Of a DNA stretch of 64,000 nucleotides, positions 11,165 through 24,894 are shown piece after piece; the stretch's first letter is position 1, and every line of letters begins with the position of its first letter. Under the pieces are notes generated by a model. That model worked only from the letters and a program-made list of their open reading frames with translations. It had not been told where the DNA came from and made no database searches. The stretch comes from Scyliorhinus canicula. Its lineage: Eukaryota. The stretch is from the NCBI RefSeq assembly GCF_902713615.1, contig NC_052172.1:6181337-6245336 (forward strand). Reading direction: 5' to 3'. Position numbers and translations under genes: made by a program.

Positions 11165-12990
11165 AAGAAATGTACAGCACAGGAACAGGCCCTTCAGTTC
11201 TGAAAGCCTGTGGCAACCATGCTGTCCATTTAACCTAAAAGCTTTTGCACTTCCGCGGTCCATACCCCTCTATTCCCACCCCATTCATGTATTTATCAAG
11301 GTGCCTCTTAAACGTCACTCTTGTACCCACTTCCACCACCTCCCCTGGCAGCGAGTTCCTGACACTCACTACCCTCTGTGTAAACAAACGTCCCTCGCAC
11401 ATCTCCTCGATGATTTGCCCTTCACACCTTAAACCTATGTTCCCTAGTGATTGACTCTTCCACCCTGGCAAAAGCTTCTGACTATCCACTCTGTCCATGT
11501 CCCTCATAATTTGGCAGGTACGAAAGTTATGTTTAAGAGGTGCCTTGGCAAATACATGAATGGGATGGGAATAGAGGGATACGGGACTCGGAAGTATAGA
11601 ATATTTTAGGTTAGATGGGCATCATGGTTGGCACAGGCTTGGAGAGCTGAAGGGCCTGTTCCTGTGCTGGACGTTTCTATCAGGTCGCCCTTGAACCTCC
11701 ATTGTTCCTGTGAAAAGAAACTGAGTTTGTCCATCCTTTGCTCATGCTTGATGTCCTCCATAGTAGATAATATACTGCTAAGCCTATTCTGTACCCCCTC
11801 CAAAGCCTCCACGTCTATATTCCAAGTGTGGCCTCACTTGGTTTCTATAGATTTACAGCATGGCTTGCCAATATTTATATTTAATGCCCAACCGATGAAG
11901 GCAAGCATGCCATATGCCTTCTTGACTACCTTCTCCACCTGCTTTGCCACTTTCAGTGACCTGTGGACCTGTACACCGAGATCCCTCTACCTGTGAATAC
12001 ACCTGAGGGTTCTACCATTAACTGTGTATTTCCCATCTCTATTAGACCTTCCAAAATGCATTCCTTCCCATTTTTCCGGTTTAAACTCCATCTGCCGTCT
12101 TTCTATCCAAGTCTCTAACTGATCTACATCCTGCTTATCCTCTGACAGTCCTCATCGCTATCCGCAATTCCACCAACCTGTATGTCATCCGTAAATTTAC
12201 TTATCACACCAGTCATTGTGTATATACTACAAAGTATACACAGGCCCCAGCACTGATCCCTGTGGAACACCACTAGTCACAGCCCCCATTCAGAAAATCA
12301 CCCTTCCACCACTACGATCTATCTTTTATGATAGTACCAGTTCTGTATCCATCTTGCCAGCTCACATTTAATCCCATGTGTCTTCACCTACTGTATCTGT
12401 TTGCCATGAGGGGCCTTATCAAAGGTCTTACTGAAGTTCTTGTGGACAACATCCATTGCCCTCCCTTCATCAATCATCTTCGTCACTTTCTCGAAGAAGT
12501 CTGTTGTTAATGAGGCACGACCTCCCCTTCACAATCCCATGCTGCCTCTCACTAATAGGTCGACTTGTTTGCAAATGGGAGTAAATCCTGTGTCGAAGAA
12601 ACTTCGCCACCAATTTTCCTACCACTGTCATAAGGCTCACCGGTCTGTAATTTCTGGAACATACTTGCTACGCTTCTTAAACAAAGGAAAAACATTAATT
12701 ATTCTCCAGTCCTCTCGGACCTCACCTGTAGCCAATGAGGATACAAAGAATTCTGTCAATTTCCTCCCATGCCTCCCACGCTATTCTAGGGTAGATCCCA
12801 TCAGGCTCTGTCAACTTATCGACCGTAATGTTTTTCACGACGCCCAACACAACCTCCTTTTTGATCTCAGACTATCTGCACACCGTTCCCAGACATCGTC
12901 CACCAAGTCCTTCACTTTGGTGAATACTGATGCACAGTACCCAGAAAGCGCCTCGCGCATTTCTTCTGGCTCCACTCATAGATTCCCTTC
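11165..12990 (-). mobile_element. Decayed CR1-clade LINE (two 3' ends plus RT fragment)
   Basis: Antisense similarity to the other CR1 copies; tails at about 11170 and 11630. Confidence 0.8.
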
Positions 12991-15900
12991 CCTGTCCTTG
13001 AGTGACCAACCCTTCTTCTGACTACCCTCTTGCTCTTTATGTATGTATAAAAAACCTTCAACATTCACTCCCTCCACCACTGATGCACATTAGCGGCCGT
13101 GTGCACCATCTACAAGATGCACTTCAGTAACTCACGAAGGCTTCTTTGGAAGCACATGTTAAACGCGCAATTCCTGCCACCTAGAAGGACAAGGACAGCA
13201 GCCACATGGGAACACCACCTCCTTCTAATTCCCCTCCAAAGCACACACCATCCCGAATTACATATAAATCACCCTTACTTCACTGTCACTGGATCTTGAT
13301 TAATAAGGGGATGCGGGGTTATGGGGAGAAGACAGGAGAATGGGGATGAGAAAATATCAGCCATGGCTGAATGGAGGAGCAGACTCGATAGGCCGAATGG
13401 CCTAATTCTGCTCCTATATCTTATGGTGATATGGTCTTATGGATGCAATTCCTGGATCTCCCTGAGGAACTGCACTGTGGGTGTATCTACACCACATGGG
13501 ATTGAGCGGTTCAAGAAAATAGCCCTTTACTACATTCTCAATTTCAGGGGCGGCATGGTGGTACACTGGTTAGCACTGCTGCTCCTGGGACCGGGGTTCG
13601 ATTCGGACCTTGAGTGACTTGGCGTGTAGTTTGACGTCATCCCTAACTCGTGGGTTTGGTTCGGTTTCCGCCCCCAGACCAAATATGTGCCTGTTAGGTG
13701 GATTGGCCACGCTAAAAATGCCCCTTAGTGTCCAAAGATGTGCAGGTTAGGAATAGGGTGCGGGGGTGAGACCAAATAGACTGCTGTTTCAGAGGCCTCC
13801 TTCGTCACTATAGCGATTCTCTGGTTTCTCTCACGATGCGACTCCGTGAAAGAATTAAACAAATTGCCATGTCCTGCATTTGACCTCATGAGTTCAACTT
13901 TAACAACAATAAAGAAATTCGACACCATCCAAGCCAAACATGTCACTTGATCGATACTCCAATGATTCAGAATGATTGGAAGCAGGGCGTCGCATCTGCA
14001 ATATGGAGTGTAATCATTTGCCAAGTTTTATGGGACAGCAGCTCGCAAACCATATATAATGAAAATGGTAACACGCGCATGGGAATGAAGCTAAGGGAAC
14101 ATTTGGGGTGTGTTCGCCCTAAATTCGCCCAGCTTCCGACTAGAAATTATACTGCTGTTCCTTCACTGCCACAGGGTTAGAATCCTTCCGAACAGCATTA
14201 TGTGTGCCCCTACCCCACATGCAATGCAATGGTTTAAGAAGGTAACTCGCTACCCACTTGGCAGGGTAATTAGAAATCGATAATAAATGCCACCTGAACA
14301 GCGCCATGCACACAGTTCAGATTCATCCTTTCTCGACCAGGAGCATCATCGCTCCCCTGTATCTCGACCTTTAACATGTTAATAAAGGATCTATTCGATG
14401 CATAGGTTTATTTGCCACCAGTAATTATTTCAGTTCTCTGCCTCAGTGCAGCCAATGCGCAATGGATAAAGGCATGGGAAAGCAGGATTTTCCAGAAATG
14501 CATAACAGATGCAGAGTCGAAAGGAAACTCACATCAGAGGAAACTGCACAGCAGATATAGGTCTTAAATTGTGATCAGAAATTGTAGGAATTATATTCAG
14601 AATCAAAATGGGAAACGAGGACGACATGATATTTACCAATAATGCAAAGCGAAAAAATATTCCAACACACAAGATATCCAGAGCCCAAAAAAAGAATGTT
14701 TGAAAAAATAATGACTTTAAATTGTCTATCACAGCGGGATTGGAACTCTCATCTCCACATTGTCTGCCCGGAATTACTGCTTGAATCTCTCTGCTATCTC
14801 ACACTTTGACCTACTTTCATATTTTAGCCGCGCTCTTGCAAAATACAATGTCTGTGGGTTCTGGCATGTGACGCTTCGATTCGCTTACCTTGCAGCCGAA
14901 GCAGCAGACTGTGTTCTTTCTTGTTGCAAATTTCATCCTATTGCTAGAATAATGGCAGATGCACTCTGACAACCACACATCCTGACTCTTCTTTTCTATC
15001 TCTGCACCTCTGTGCTATTTGATTGTGTGCATATTGATAACGTTTGCCCACAAGAACGGCAAAACCAAACAGTACAGAGAAATTTGCAGATGTCGAGGCG
15101 TCTGACTGAAATTATTGTGTTGACAAGTGAAGTGGGGACTTGCCGAATGCCTCTTCCCAAGAGCAGGCAGAGGCTAGAAGGGCCGAAAGACCATTCGATG
15201 ATTCTATGGTCTGGATAATGTTTCGCCTGTTGGGAATATCTTGACATATTTACAATCATTGCTGGCTTTGTATTCCCACGAGTTATAAAATATTTAGGAG
15301 TGATGAAATCAAGGGCTTTAAGATGATTAAATGGTTTGATAGGGCATGCATGGAGTAAAAGTCTTTATCTGACCGGGAGATTCAGAAGGAGGCGGTTTAC
15401 CCTTCGAATAAGAGGTCGGCCGGCCAGAAGTTGTCAGAATGCACCCGCCACAAACGTCAGTTCTAACCGGGAAGTCCCACCCATCAAAAACCTGAGGGAG
15501 GTCTCTCAAATTGTAAAAAGTGATATTGTTAATGTATTGTGTGGCAAAGTCATTAAGTGGTGTGCAAAAAAGCTCATAGATGATTAACCATAATGTCATT
15601 GACAGTCTGAAGACGCTAGAGGTGCCGGATGGCTGTTTCCTCTTTGTGTATGGCTTTGCCTTCCGGCCTTGTTGTTGCTCGGGTAATTGAATGATTCTTT
15701 GAAGTAATAAAGTTTGATTGTTGAAAGTGCGTGCATCGGCTGGATACTTCCACTGGTCCCCCAACTGCTACAGGTTGAACAGCCAGAAGGAAGTACATCC
15801 CTAACTAATGCTTCGACTCCACTAACAAGCACGCCACAACTCTCGTTCATTTTTGAAACTTCCAACTCTGGTCACCAATTCGTGCGGCACAGAAGCGGTT

Positions 15901-16661
15901 AAGGAGGCCCAGTATACATGCCTGATAGAGCGAATTAATTAACCCTACTCCTCCCGCTGTTAACACAGACTCCAGCAAATGTTTTCCTTTTTAAATGGCG
16001 GCACGGTAGCAGAGTGGTTAGCACTGTTGCTTCCTAGCGCCAGGGTCCCAGGTTCGATTCCCAGCTTGGGTCACTGTCTGTACGTTGTCCTCGTGTCTGT
16101 ATGGGATTCCTCCGGGTGCTCCTGTTTCCTCCCACAAGTTCCAAAGGATGTGCTTGTTTTTGAATTGGACATTCTGAATTCTCCCTCTGTGTACCCGAAC
16201 AGGCAATGTGGCGACTAGGGGCTTTGCACAGTAACTTCGTTGCAGTGTTAATGTAAGCCTACTTGTGAAACTAACAAACATTATTATCGGTCGATCTATC
16301 TATCTGTTAAACTATTTATCCCAGGTCCCAGAAACTGCGCATATCACATCATGGAGAGCGGGGTGCAGTAGAGATTTCAATTAAAACACTGTGGACGCTG
16401 GACGTGTGAAATTAAAAGAAAGAATAAAAGTGCTTGAAAAACTCAGTGAGTCTGGCAACATTTATGGGGAGGAGAAGAGGCGTAATGTGTGGAATCAAAT
16501 ATGAATCGCCTTTGGATTTCTCGATGAAAAGTAATATTGGACTTAAAACATGAACTCTGTTTCTCTATTAATCGTGTTTGTTCATCTCGATCTACAGTGA
16601 CAAAGAAGGGCTGGATGAATGATAGACAGCTGGAAGTAAGGTGCGTTTGATTTCTGCGCGG

Positions 16662-17005
16662 CTTGGCACAGTGGTCATGCCACTGGACTAGTGACGTAGA
16701 CTCCCAGGTTAATACTCTAGGGGACACGAGTTCAACTCCCAGCACAGCAGCTGAGGAATTTAAATTCAATGAATCAATCTTCAATTTAAAGCTAGCAACA
16801 GTCAGTAGTATTACTTGCTCCAAAACCCATATGATTCGCTAGTCTTCCGTCAAGGAAGGTACTCTGTCGGTCTGGCCTACACGTGACTTCAGACCTACAC
16901 AAATGTGGTTAACTCTCAACGGGCTGAACCAACAGCTCAGTTGAAGGAAATTAGTGACTGGACATAAATGTTGGTCCCCCAGTGCCAGACACATCCCATG
17001 AAAGA
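16662..17005 (+). mobile_element. DeuSINE-like (SacSINE1-type) relic; further fragment at about 22330-22520
   Basis: tRNA-like head plus GGTCTGGCCTACACGTGACTTCAGACCTACAC..ATGTGGTTAACTCTCAAC, recognised from memory as the Deu domain. Confidence 0.65.
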
Positions 17006-17894
17006 ATAAAGTAATGGATAAATCCCGTACCAGCCTCCCCGGAAAGGCGCCGGAATGTGGCGACTAGGGGCTTTTCACAGTAACTTCATTGAAGCCTACT
17101 CGTGACAATAAGCGATTTTCATTTCATTTTTCATTTTTCAAATATTGGAGAAATACCATGAATGTCGAGGTGGCGAAGAATCCTAGGAGAAAGCTATTTC
17201 AGGGAGTTTCGGAGGAAGTATTGAAGCGAGGGAAGATAAAATGTAGACATGAAAACAAAAAAGAAAAGTGGAATGAAAGGCAGTGAGGAGATGAGAAAAA
17301 TAATGAAGGGGAGAGAAAGAAAAGATAAATGATTAGCACTGCTGCCTCACTGCGCCAGGGACCCGGGTTCAATTCCAGCCATAGGCGACTGTCTGTGTGG
17401 AGTTTGCACTTTCTCCTCATGTCTGCGTGGGTTTCCTGCCGGTGCTCCGATTTCCTCCCACAGTCCAAAGATGTAATAATCTATTTTTTTCCATTAATCG
17501 TTTGCTGTCACAAGTATCGACTTACTGTGAAAAGCACAAAGATGTGCAAGTTAGGCGGATTGACCATGATGAAATTGCCCTTCCTGTTACGTGGAGAGGG
17601 CGGGGGAGTGGGCCTAGGTAGGGTGCTCTTTCGGAGGGCCGGTTCAGACTGATGGTCCAAACGGGATCTTTCTGAACTGTCAGGATTCTATGATAACAGG
17701 GATGAAAAATTAAAATAAATGACTGACAGAAGGAAAGATTTCCTGCATGAAGATTGAAAGAATCAGGAAAAAATTGTGGCAATAGGAAGATGGAAAGGTG
17801 AATGAAAAAAAGCTGAAGTTGGAATAATAACTACGTTAAAATAAATCGCAACGTACATCAGGTTTTGTTAAACACACGCACATTTCTCAGCAAA

Positions 17895-18280
17895 GAGGCG
17901 GCAGGTGCAGGGCCTCAGAAACAGTTTTTCACCCAGTAGGAAATGCGAGAACAACATCTCAATCAGCCAGCCTCAAACTGACAGCACCGCAAGGACAGGT
18001 GGTGGATTCCGTTAAACCGCAGAGTGAAACTCGTGCTCATGACCTACTTCAGAAACCGTGAGGTGCGCCTGTCAGCTCACAGCTCAGATCCCACCGCTTC
18101 CGTTTGAATTTTTTTTTCCGTGCAGCTGCTTTATTTTTTTGTACCCAGTTGAAATCTTGTTTTGAGTCAGTATTTTCCAGAGATGTCTGAGCAACTGACG
18201 GAAATAACAAACACGTGGATTTTAAAGTCAGATCACACCATCGCCTTGTGGCCGGTATTTGCGCACATGCAGCTGATTTT
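17895..18280. promoter_or_regulatory. Candidate TCR-beta enhancer (E-beta-like)
   Basis: Apparently non-repetitive segment about 6 kb 3' of C-beta: RUNX-type ACCGCA x2, CAGGTG x2, CAGCTG x2, CACGTG, AP-1 TGAGTCA, ETS-like GGAA cores. Confidence 0.4.
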
Positions 18281-18519
18281 TTTGATAAAAATAAATTCAC
18301 ATTTTTGTCATTGCATCAGGTATTCTTAAATTTTGGCCAAGTTTGACTTCCCCGCATTGATTGCTTCCATTGTTCCCGCCGGCATTTTTGCATATAGTGT
18401 GTTTGTTGCAGTAAAGAATCGGAAGGGGCATGAAGAAGTGCTTGAAAAAAGGAAAATGGGAGATTAGAGACCGATTTTAGCGCACGTAGAAGGGGGAAGG
18501 GTTAATAGAGGGCGAGGCC

Positions 18520-19200
18520 AACGGAGAGACAGAGACTGAGAAAGAAAACAAAGTCATATTGAGAGGAAATGAGTGAAAAAGGCAGAAAGAAAGTTAGTCA
18601 GAGAAAAATAGAGATACGATGAGAGAGAAGCTGTGTGCGAGTGAGAGAGAGATAGAGCGAGAGAGCAAGGGCGGGGAACAAAAGGTGATGGAAATATAGA
18701 TAAGTCGAAACAAAAGGGCTGGAAATGGAGAGAGGAAGATAGCCAGGGGAACAAAGACACAGTTCGAGTGAGAGAGGCAGACAGCGGGGTGAAAGAGGGA
18801 GAGATAAATAGTTAAGAATAGGGTTTCGAAAAGCGGAGTGAAAGATAAAATATCAGAACGAAGGGCAGAGAAACATGGAGAGAGCAGAAAAATTAAGGGT
18901 GCTGCAGATACAAAAATCGGAGGGGAGGAGGAAGACACTGGACGGAGGACAGGAGAGGTAGCATAATGAGCATCGGTAGAGAGGAGAGGAGAGACAGAAT
19001 GTGAGCAAACAAAGACACGAGGTGAACAGTAAGACAGAGAAGTGACAGTGGGGAGAATAGAAAGATGGAATAAGCATCGTTTAGGAATAGGGAGGACATA
19101 GAGTTGCAGGGAAAGGGGATTGGTGGAAATTTGTTGCTGGGTGTTATAGTTGGAACGGGGAAGACAGAGGGAAACACTGGAATGAAAAAACACCGACAGA
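18520..19200. repeat. Purine (GA)-rich low-complexity tract; similar tracts at about 1600-1900 (CT), 4950-5200, 6380-6690, 7020-7230
   Basis: Strong strand-asymmetric GA/CT composition. Confidence 0.85.
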
Positions 19201-20199
19201 ACATTCCGAATTCCCTAACCATGTTCTGCCTGCACCTTTACACAACTGGTTTAAAGATTGAATTAATGTATGTTGGTAGCACGCAGTATGATAACAAACG
19301 CCGCTTCCAATGTTTGTATCCGATAAAAATGTCGTTGTATCCCATGAAGCCCAGACAATTTGCATTGCTAGCCATCAGGGAAGAATGTACAATACTGTAC
19401 TTTTGTGGAAAAGCAGAACAGATTGTTGGCTTTATAGAGATATTTAAACGTCCGAAGGGGTTTGAAAGGGTAGATAAAGAGAAGGTATCTGTGGCGTCAG
19501 AAAAAGGTTATCTATTAGACAGCCAGTAATTAGTCCAATGGGGGATTTGATTCGGTCACAGCCCTGAGAATGTGAATCTCACTATCGCAGGGAAAAGCCT
19601 GAGGCGAAAAGCAAATGTATCTAAGTGACATCCGGATATGCTTTAATGAAGAGGAGAGTAGAAGGGCTTGTTCATCCACTGAAACGAAAGAGTCAATAAG
19701 AGATTAAGTCGAACAGAACAACTGGCATGGATCAGATGCGCCTTTTGCCACTTTCTATATTGACATTTCTATGTATTTTGATTGACTTAGGCCTCAGGCC
19801 ATCCTAGGCCTCTCTGAGCCTTCGAAAGGATTCGAGGGGCAAAATGGCATCGTATGTTGCCAGGTTCTTATGTATGGACGTTCGGTATTACGCGGTTAAA
19901 AGCAGAGGTGACTATGTCTATCCCTCCACCAATAGCTCAACAACCCCCAATGATAAAAAAAGGAACTTCACAGTCTTGCCATTACAAATCTCCCACTGAA
20001 GCAATCCTCAGTATATGTGAGCGCCACTGCCCATGTGGAGATACCATTTACAAAGGAGGGCTGTTTTATTCTGGGAAAGAAATTGTCCAAACGAGGAGTC
20101 TCCAAAAATAACACTTAGTGAAATTGCATGTGACGAATTTAGTATCTAGGTGGTTACAGTGGTCTGGGGTAAATAATCCAGAACTTGTCAAATGTCAGT

Positions 20200-22265
20200 T
20201 GATTAGACTTCAGGACCGGCATATACCTGTGAGGTCGAAAGTTAAGAGTGGCAAGTACAGGGAACCCTGGATAACGATGGATATTATGAATCTTGACAAA
20301 AAGACAAAAGAAACATTGGTAAGGTTTAAAATTCTTAGGACAGATGAAGCCCTAGAAAAATATAAAGCAAGTAGGAAGGATCTTAAGTGAGGAGTTAGGA
20401 AGGCTAAAAGGTGTCACGAAATGTAACAGGCAAACAGGATTAAGGAAAATCCTAAAACGTTTTACACATATGTAAAGGGCAAGAGCGTCGCCAGAGAAAG
20501 GGTTGGTCTATCCAAGAATATTGGAGGGAATCTATGTATGGAACTAGAGGAAATGGGAGAGATACGAAATGAATACTTTGCCTTAGTATTCACCAAAGAG
20601 AAGCACTTGGTGGATGAGGAGTATAGGGTAGAGTGTGAGATATTCTGAGTCATGTTGATATTAATAAAGATGAGGTTTTGGGCATCTTAAAAGGCATTAA
20701 AGTAGACACATCCACAAGGCCTGATGGGATCTACCCCATAATGTTGCGGGAGCCAACGGAGGAAATTGCTGGGGCCTTGACAGTAATCTTTGTAACCACA
20801 TTCGCTACAGGTGAAATTCCAGAGGACTGGAGAGTAGCCAATTTTGTTCCATTGTTTAAGAAGGGCAGCAGGGATAATCCAGGAAATTATAGGCCGGTGA
20901 GGCTGAAGTCAGTGACAGGGAAATCATTGGAAAGGATTCTTAGAGATAGGATTTACTCACATTTGGAAACAAATTGACTTATCAGTGATGGGCAGCATGG
21001 TTTTGTGAAGGGGGAGGTCGTGCCTCGCTAATTTGATCGAGTTTTTCGAGGAAGTGACAAAGATGATAGATGAGGGAAAGGCACGAGATGTTGTACAACT
21101 GGACTTCAGTAAAGCCTTTGACAAGGTACCTAATGGTAGACTGGCGCAAAATATGAAGTCACATGGGATCAGAGGAGAACTGGAAAGTTGGATACAGAAC
21201 TGGCTTGAGCACAGAAGACAGAGGGTAGCAGTAGAAGGGTGCTTTTCTGAATGGAAGGCTGTGACTAGCGGCGTTCCACAGCTATCAGTTCTGGGGCCTT
21301 TGTTGTTCGTGGTGTGTATAAATGATTTGGAAGTAAATGTAGCTGGTCTGATTAGTAAGTTCGCAGACGACACAAAAATTGGTGGAGTTGCAGATAATGA
21401 AGAGGATTCTCAGCATGATTTAAACTGGTTGGAGTCTTGGGCAAGAAATGGCAGATGGAGTTCAATCCGGACAAGTGTGAGGTAATGCACTTTGGAATGT
21501 CCAATGCATGTAGGAATTACACAATAAATGGTCGAACTCTTGGGAGCACTGACAGGCAGAGAGATCTGGGCATGCATGCCCACTGATCACTGAAAATGGC
21601 AACGCATGTGGATAAGGTGGTAAAAAAGGGATACGGAAGCTTGGCTTCATCGGTCGGGGCATTGAATATAAAAAATTGGCAAGTCATGTTGCAGCTGTAC
21701 AGGACCTTAGTTAGACCTCATTTGGAATATTGTATACAATTCTGGTCGCCACACTACCGGTAGGATGTGGATGCTTTGGAGAGGGCACAGAAGCGGTTTA
21801 CGAGGATGTTGCCTGGTATGGAGGACATTAGCTATGAGGAGAGGTTTAGATAAACTCGGTCTGCTCTCACTGGAACGACGGAGGTTGAGAGGCGACCTGA
21901 CAGAGGTCTACAAAACGTTGAGTGGCATGGACTGAGTGGATAGTCAGATGCACTTTCCTGGGGTAGGACAGTCAAGTACGAGGGGACACAGGTTTAAAGT
22001 GCATGGAGAAAAGTTTAGAAAAAATGTGCGAGACAAGTTTCTTACACAGAGGGAGGTAAATATATGGAACACAGTGCCTGGGGAGGTGGTGGGTGCTTTT
22101 ACGATAGTGGCATTTAAGGGACATCTAGACAAATATATGAATAATGTGGAAATGGAAGGATACGGACTCTCTCAGTGCATACGGTTTTAGTTTAGACAGG
22201 TACCATGGTCGGTGCAGGCTTGGAGGGCCGAAGGACCTGTTTCTGTGCTGTACTGTTATTTGTTC
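20200..22265 (+). mobile_element. Decayed CR1-clade LINE
   Basis: Frameshifted RT pieces (20678-20977, 21033-21485) and CR1 3' tail. Confidence 0.88.
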
Positions 22266-22679
22266 TTTGTTATTTGTATGAATTCAAATCCTATTACTAC
22301 AGCTGGAGATTTTAAGTTAAGCGAATTGACTGGAAATATGGAACACAAAACCGTCAGCAGTAATGGCGGCCTTGTAAATTTCAATTTATCATTTCCACGT
22401 AGCCTGGCCTCTAAGTGACTCCAGACCCACAGCCATGTGGCTGATGTTTAATTGCCCGTAAATGACTTATCCGACTGTATTCAGGAAAGTGGTTAACTAC
22501 CACCGTCTCAATCCCATTAGGAACGAGAAACGTAGGCTGCTTTTTCTGGTGTGGCCCCATCCCCTTTCACATAAAAATAATCCCCCGTTCCAGAAGTATT
22601 ATTCTAATACTTGGCTCCCATTGAACCGATTTGAATCTGTCCTAGACATCCGGATCTACTTGTACAAAAGGTGAAGCCG

Positions 22680-23775
22680 CACGGATCAGATGGTGAAATG
22701 GATACAGAACTGGCTCGGTCGGCAAAGGGTAGCAGTCGAAGAGTATTTTTATGAATGGAAAGTTGTGCCTAGTGGTGTTCCACAAGGATCTATGCTGGGG
22801 CCTCTGTTGTCTGTTCTATACACACACGATTTGTTGCTGGTCTGATTAGTAAGTTTGCGGATGACATCAAGGTTGGCGGAGTGGCAGACATTCTTGAGGA
22901 TTGTCAGAGGGTTCAGCAGGACATAGATAGGTTGGAGACTTGGGAAGATAAATGGCAAATGGAGTTTAATCCAGACAAATGTGAGGTAATGCATTTTGGA
23001 AGGTCTAACATAGAGGAAAAATATACCATAAATGGCAAAACTCTTAGGAATATAGAAAGTCAGAGAGATCTGGCCGTGCGCATCCACAGATCTTGAAAGT
23101 GACAACATAATTGGACAAGGTGGTCAAGAAAGCTTATGGAATGCTTGCCTTCATTGGATGGGGCACCGTGTATAAAAATTGGCATGTCATGCTCCAGTTG
23201 TATCAAACCTTGGTAAGGCCGTACTTGGAATATTGCGCACAATTCTGGTCGCCACACTACCAGAACTATTTTGAGATTTGGCGAGGGTGCAGAGGAGGTT
23301 TACCAGAATGTTGCCTGGTCTGGAGGGCGTTAGCTATGTGAAGAGGATGAATCGACTCGGACTGTTTTTATTAGAAAGACGGAGGCTGAGGGGTGACCTA
23401 ATATATGTCGACAAGATTATGAGGGACATGGATAGAATGGATGGACAAGCACTCTTTCCCAGGGTAGAGGGATCAGTCACCAGGGGGCATAGGTTTAAGT
23501 TCTGAGGGGCAACATTTGGAGGAGATGTGCGAGGCAGGTTTTTTACGCAGAGGGTGATGAGTACCTGGGACACGCTTTAAGGGGAGGTTGTAGAAGCAGA
23601 TACATTAACGGCGTTCAAAAGGCATCTTGACAAATACATGGATAGGATGTAAATACAGCGATACGGCACAAGAAGTGCTGAGAGTTTTGGCCAAGGTTGG
23701 TATCAAGGCTGGTACAGGCTTGGAGGTGCGAAGTGCATGTTCCTGTGCTTATTTTGTCTTTGTTCTGTGTTTGTT
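22680..23775 (+). mobile_element. Decayed CR1-clade LINE 3' fragment
   Basis: WQMEFNPDKCEVMHFG, RPYLEYCAQFWSPHY. Confidence 0.88.
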
Positions 23776-24154
23776 CTGTGCAACCGACTTAAGAATACCA
23801 GATAAAATTGGCAGGGGTCCTTCAGCCCACGAGAATTCTTTTGCATTGAAAGAGGATGCATTTCGACCCCCTCCCGTCTGTTGCATAGTAAGAGGAGGAG
23901 GTGATTTATTCCTTTGGTGCATATCACATAGGAACAGAATGATGCAGTTGGATCCCTGGTGCCTTTTCCGACGTTTGTAGCTGATCTGCATTTAAGCCAC
24001 ATTTTCCCATATTTGGTCGATACCACTTTATACCCACACCCAGCAAACACACATAAAAAGGTTACCTATACATTGAGGTTCAGAAAAAAAGCCACGCATG
24101 GGAAATACTGAAATAATGGTGAGAAGAAACAGTTTTCTTTGTAGAAATATTATA

Positions 24155-24679
24155 TTTATTTCTTAAACAGTGAACAAGTAGAAGAGATATCTTTTTTAAA
24201 AAATCGCAAGAGACTTGTCAAAACCGGATGCATATGACAAATAATAGACAATTGTGATCCCAGTCTGGGTCCACAATCTATGAGGATAATTCTAAAACTA
24301 ACACAAACAGTAATGCATGACTGGACCAGAATAAGATACGTCAATAGCTGTACTAAATATGATTGGAGTTACAATGTTCTTTCTGCTACTTAATAATATA
24401 CACAGCTTTATTGGACTGGCACAAGAGCTTTAGTTTCATGGGGACGTCAGAGAGGCTGGAATTATTCATCTGGGAGCAACTAAAACAATGGCAGATTTTT
24501 TTCAAGCATTGCACAAGGGGCAATTTCTGCTTAGATTCTATGATTCTTTTCAAAGATTCAAATAACACGGACTTACAATGAATAAGCAAATAATCTAGAC
24601 AACTGTCAGAATTTTCAAAGCATAATCTATTTAGACACCAAGAACCTGAAGCAATGTCAGGATTACGAAAGGATTTATT
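24155..24679 (-). terminator. Candidate C-beta polyadenylation signals
   Basis: AATAAA on the minus strand at 24674-24679, 24407-24412 and 24155-24160, downstream of the stop codon. Confidence 0.5.
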
Positions 24680-24867
24680 CCAATATAAAAGCTAATAGCT
24701 AAATTTCGCCATTAATCGCCCGCAGCAACAGAGCATCAATATTTCCATCGGTGCAGCAAGAGTTGATGGGACAAAGTTCACCCCGAGCTATTCGCAATAC
24801 TGATATTTCCGCTCTTCTCTCTCTCTTTCATGTATTCCATCATTTCTCCATTCAACGTTTGTAATGA

Positions 24868-24894
24868 TCAGTCAAATCTTTTGTTGTAAGATGT
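24868..24894 (-). CDS. TRBC: C-beta exon 4 (cytoplasmic tail TSYNKRFD*), coding part
   Basis: Polypyrimidine tract + TAG acceptor, then ACA TCT TAC AAC AAA AGA TTT GAC TGA; phase 0 matches the exon 3 donor. Confidence 0.9.
   Translation of the reverse strand, partial: TSYNKRFD

Noticed and set aside
18554-19222. Several Ser/Leu/Phe-rich ORFs
   Set aside because: Translations of the low-complexity GA/CT tract.
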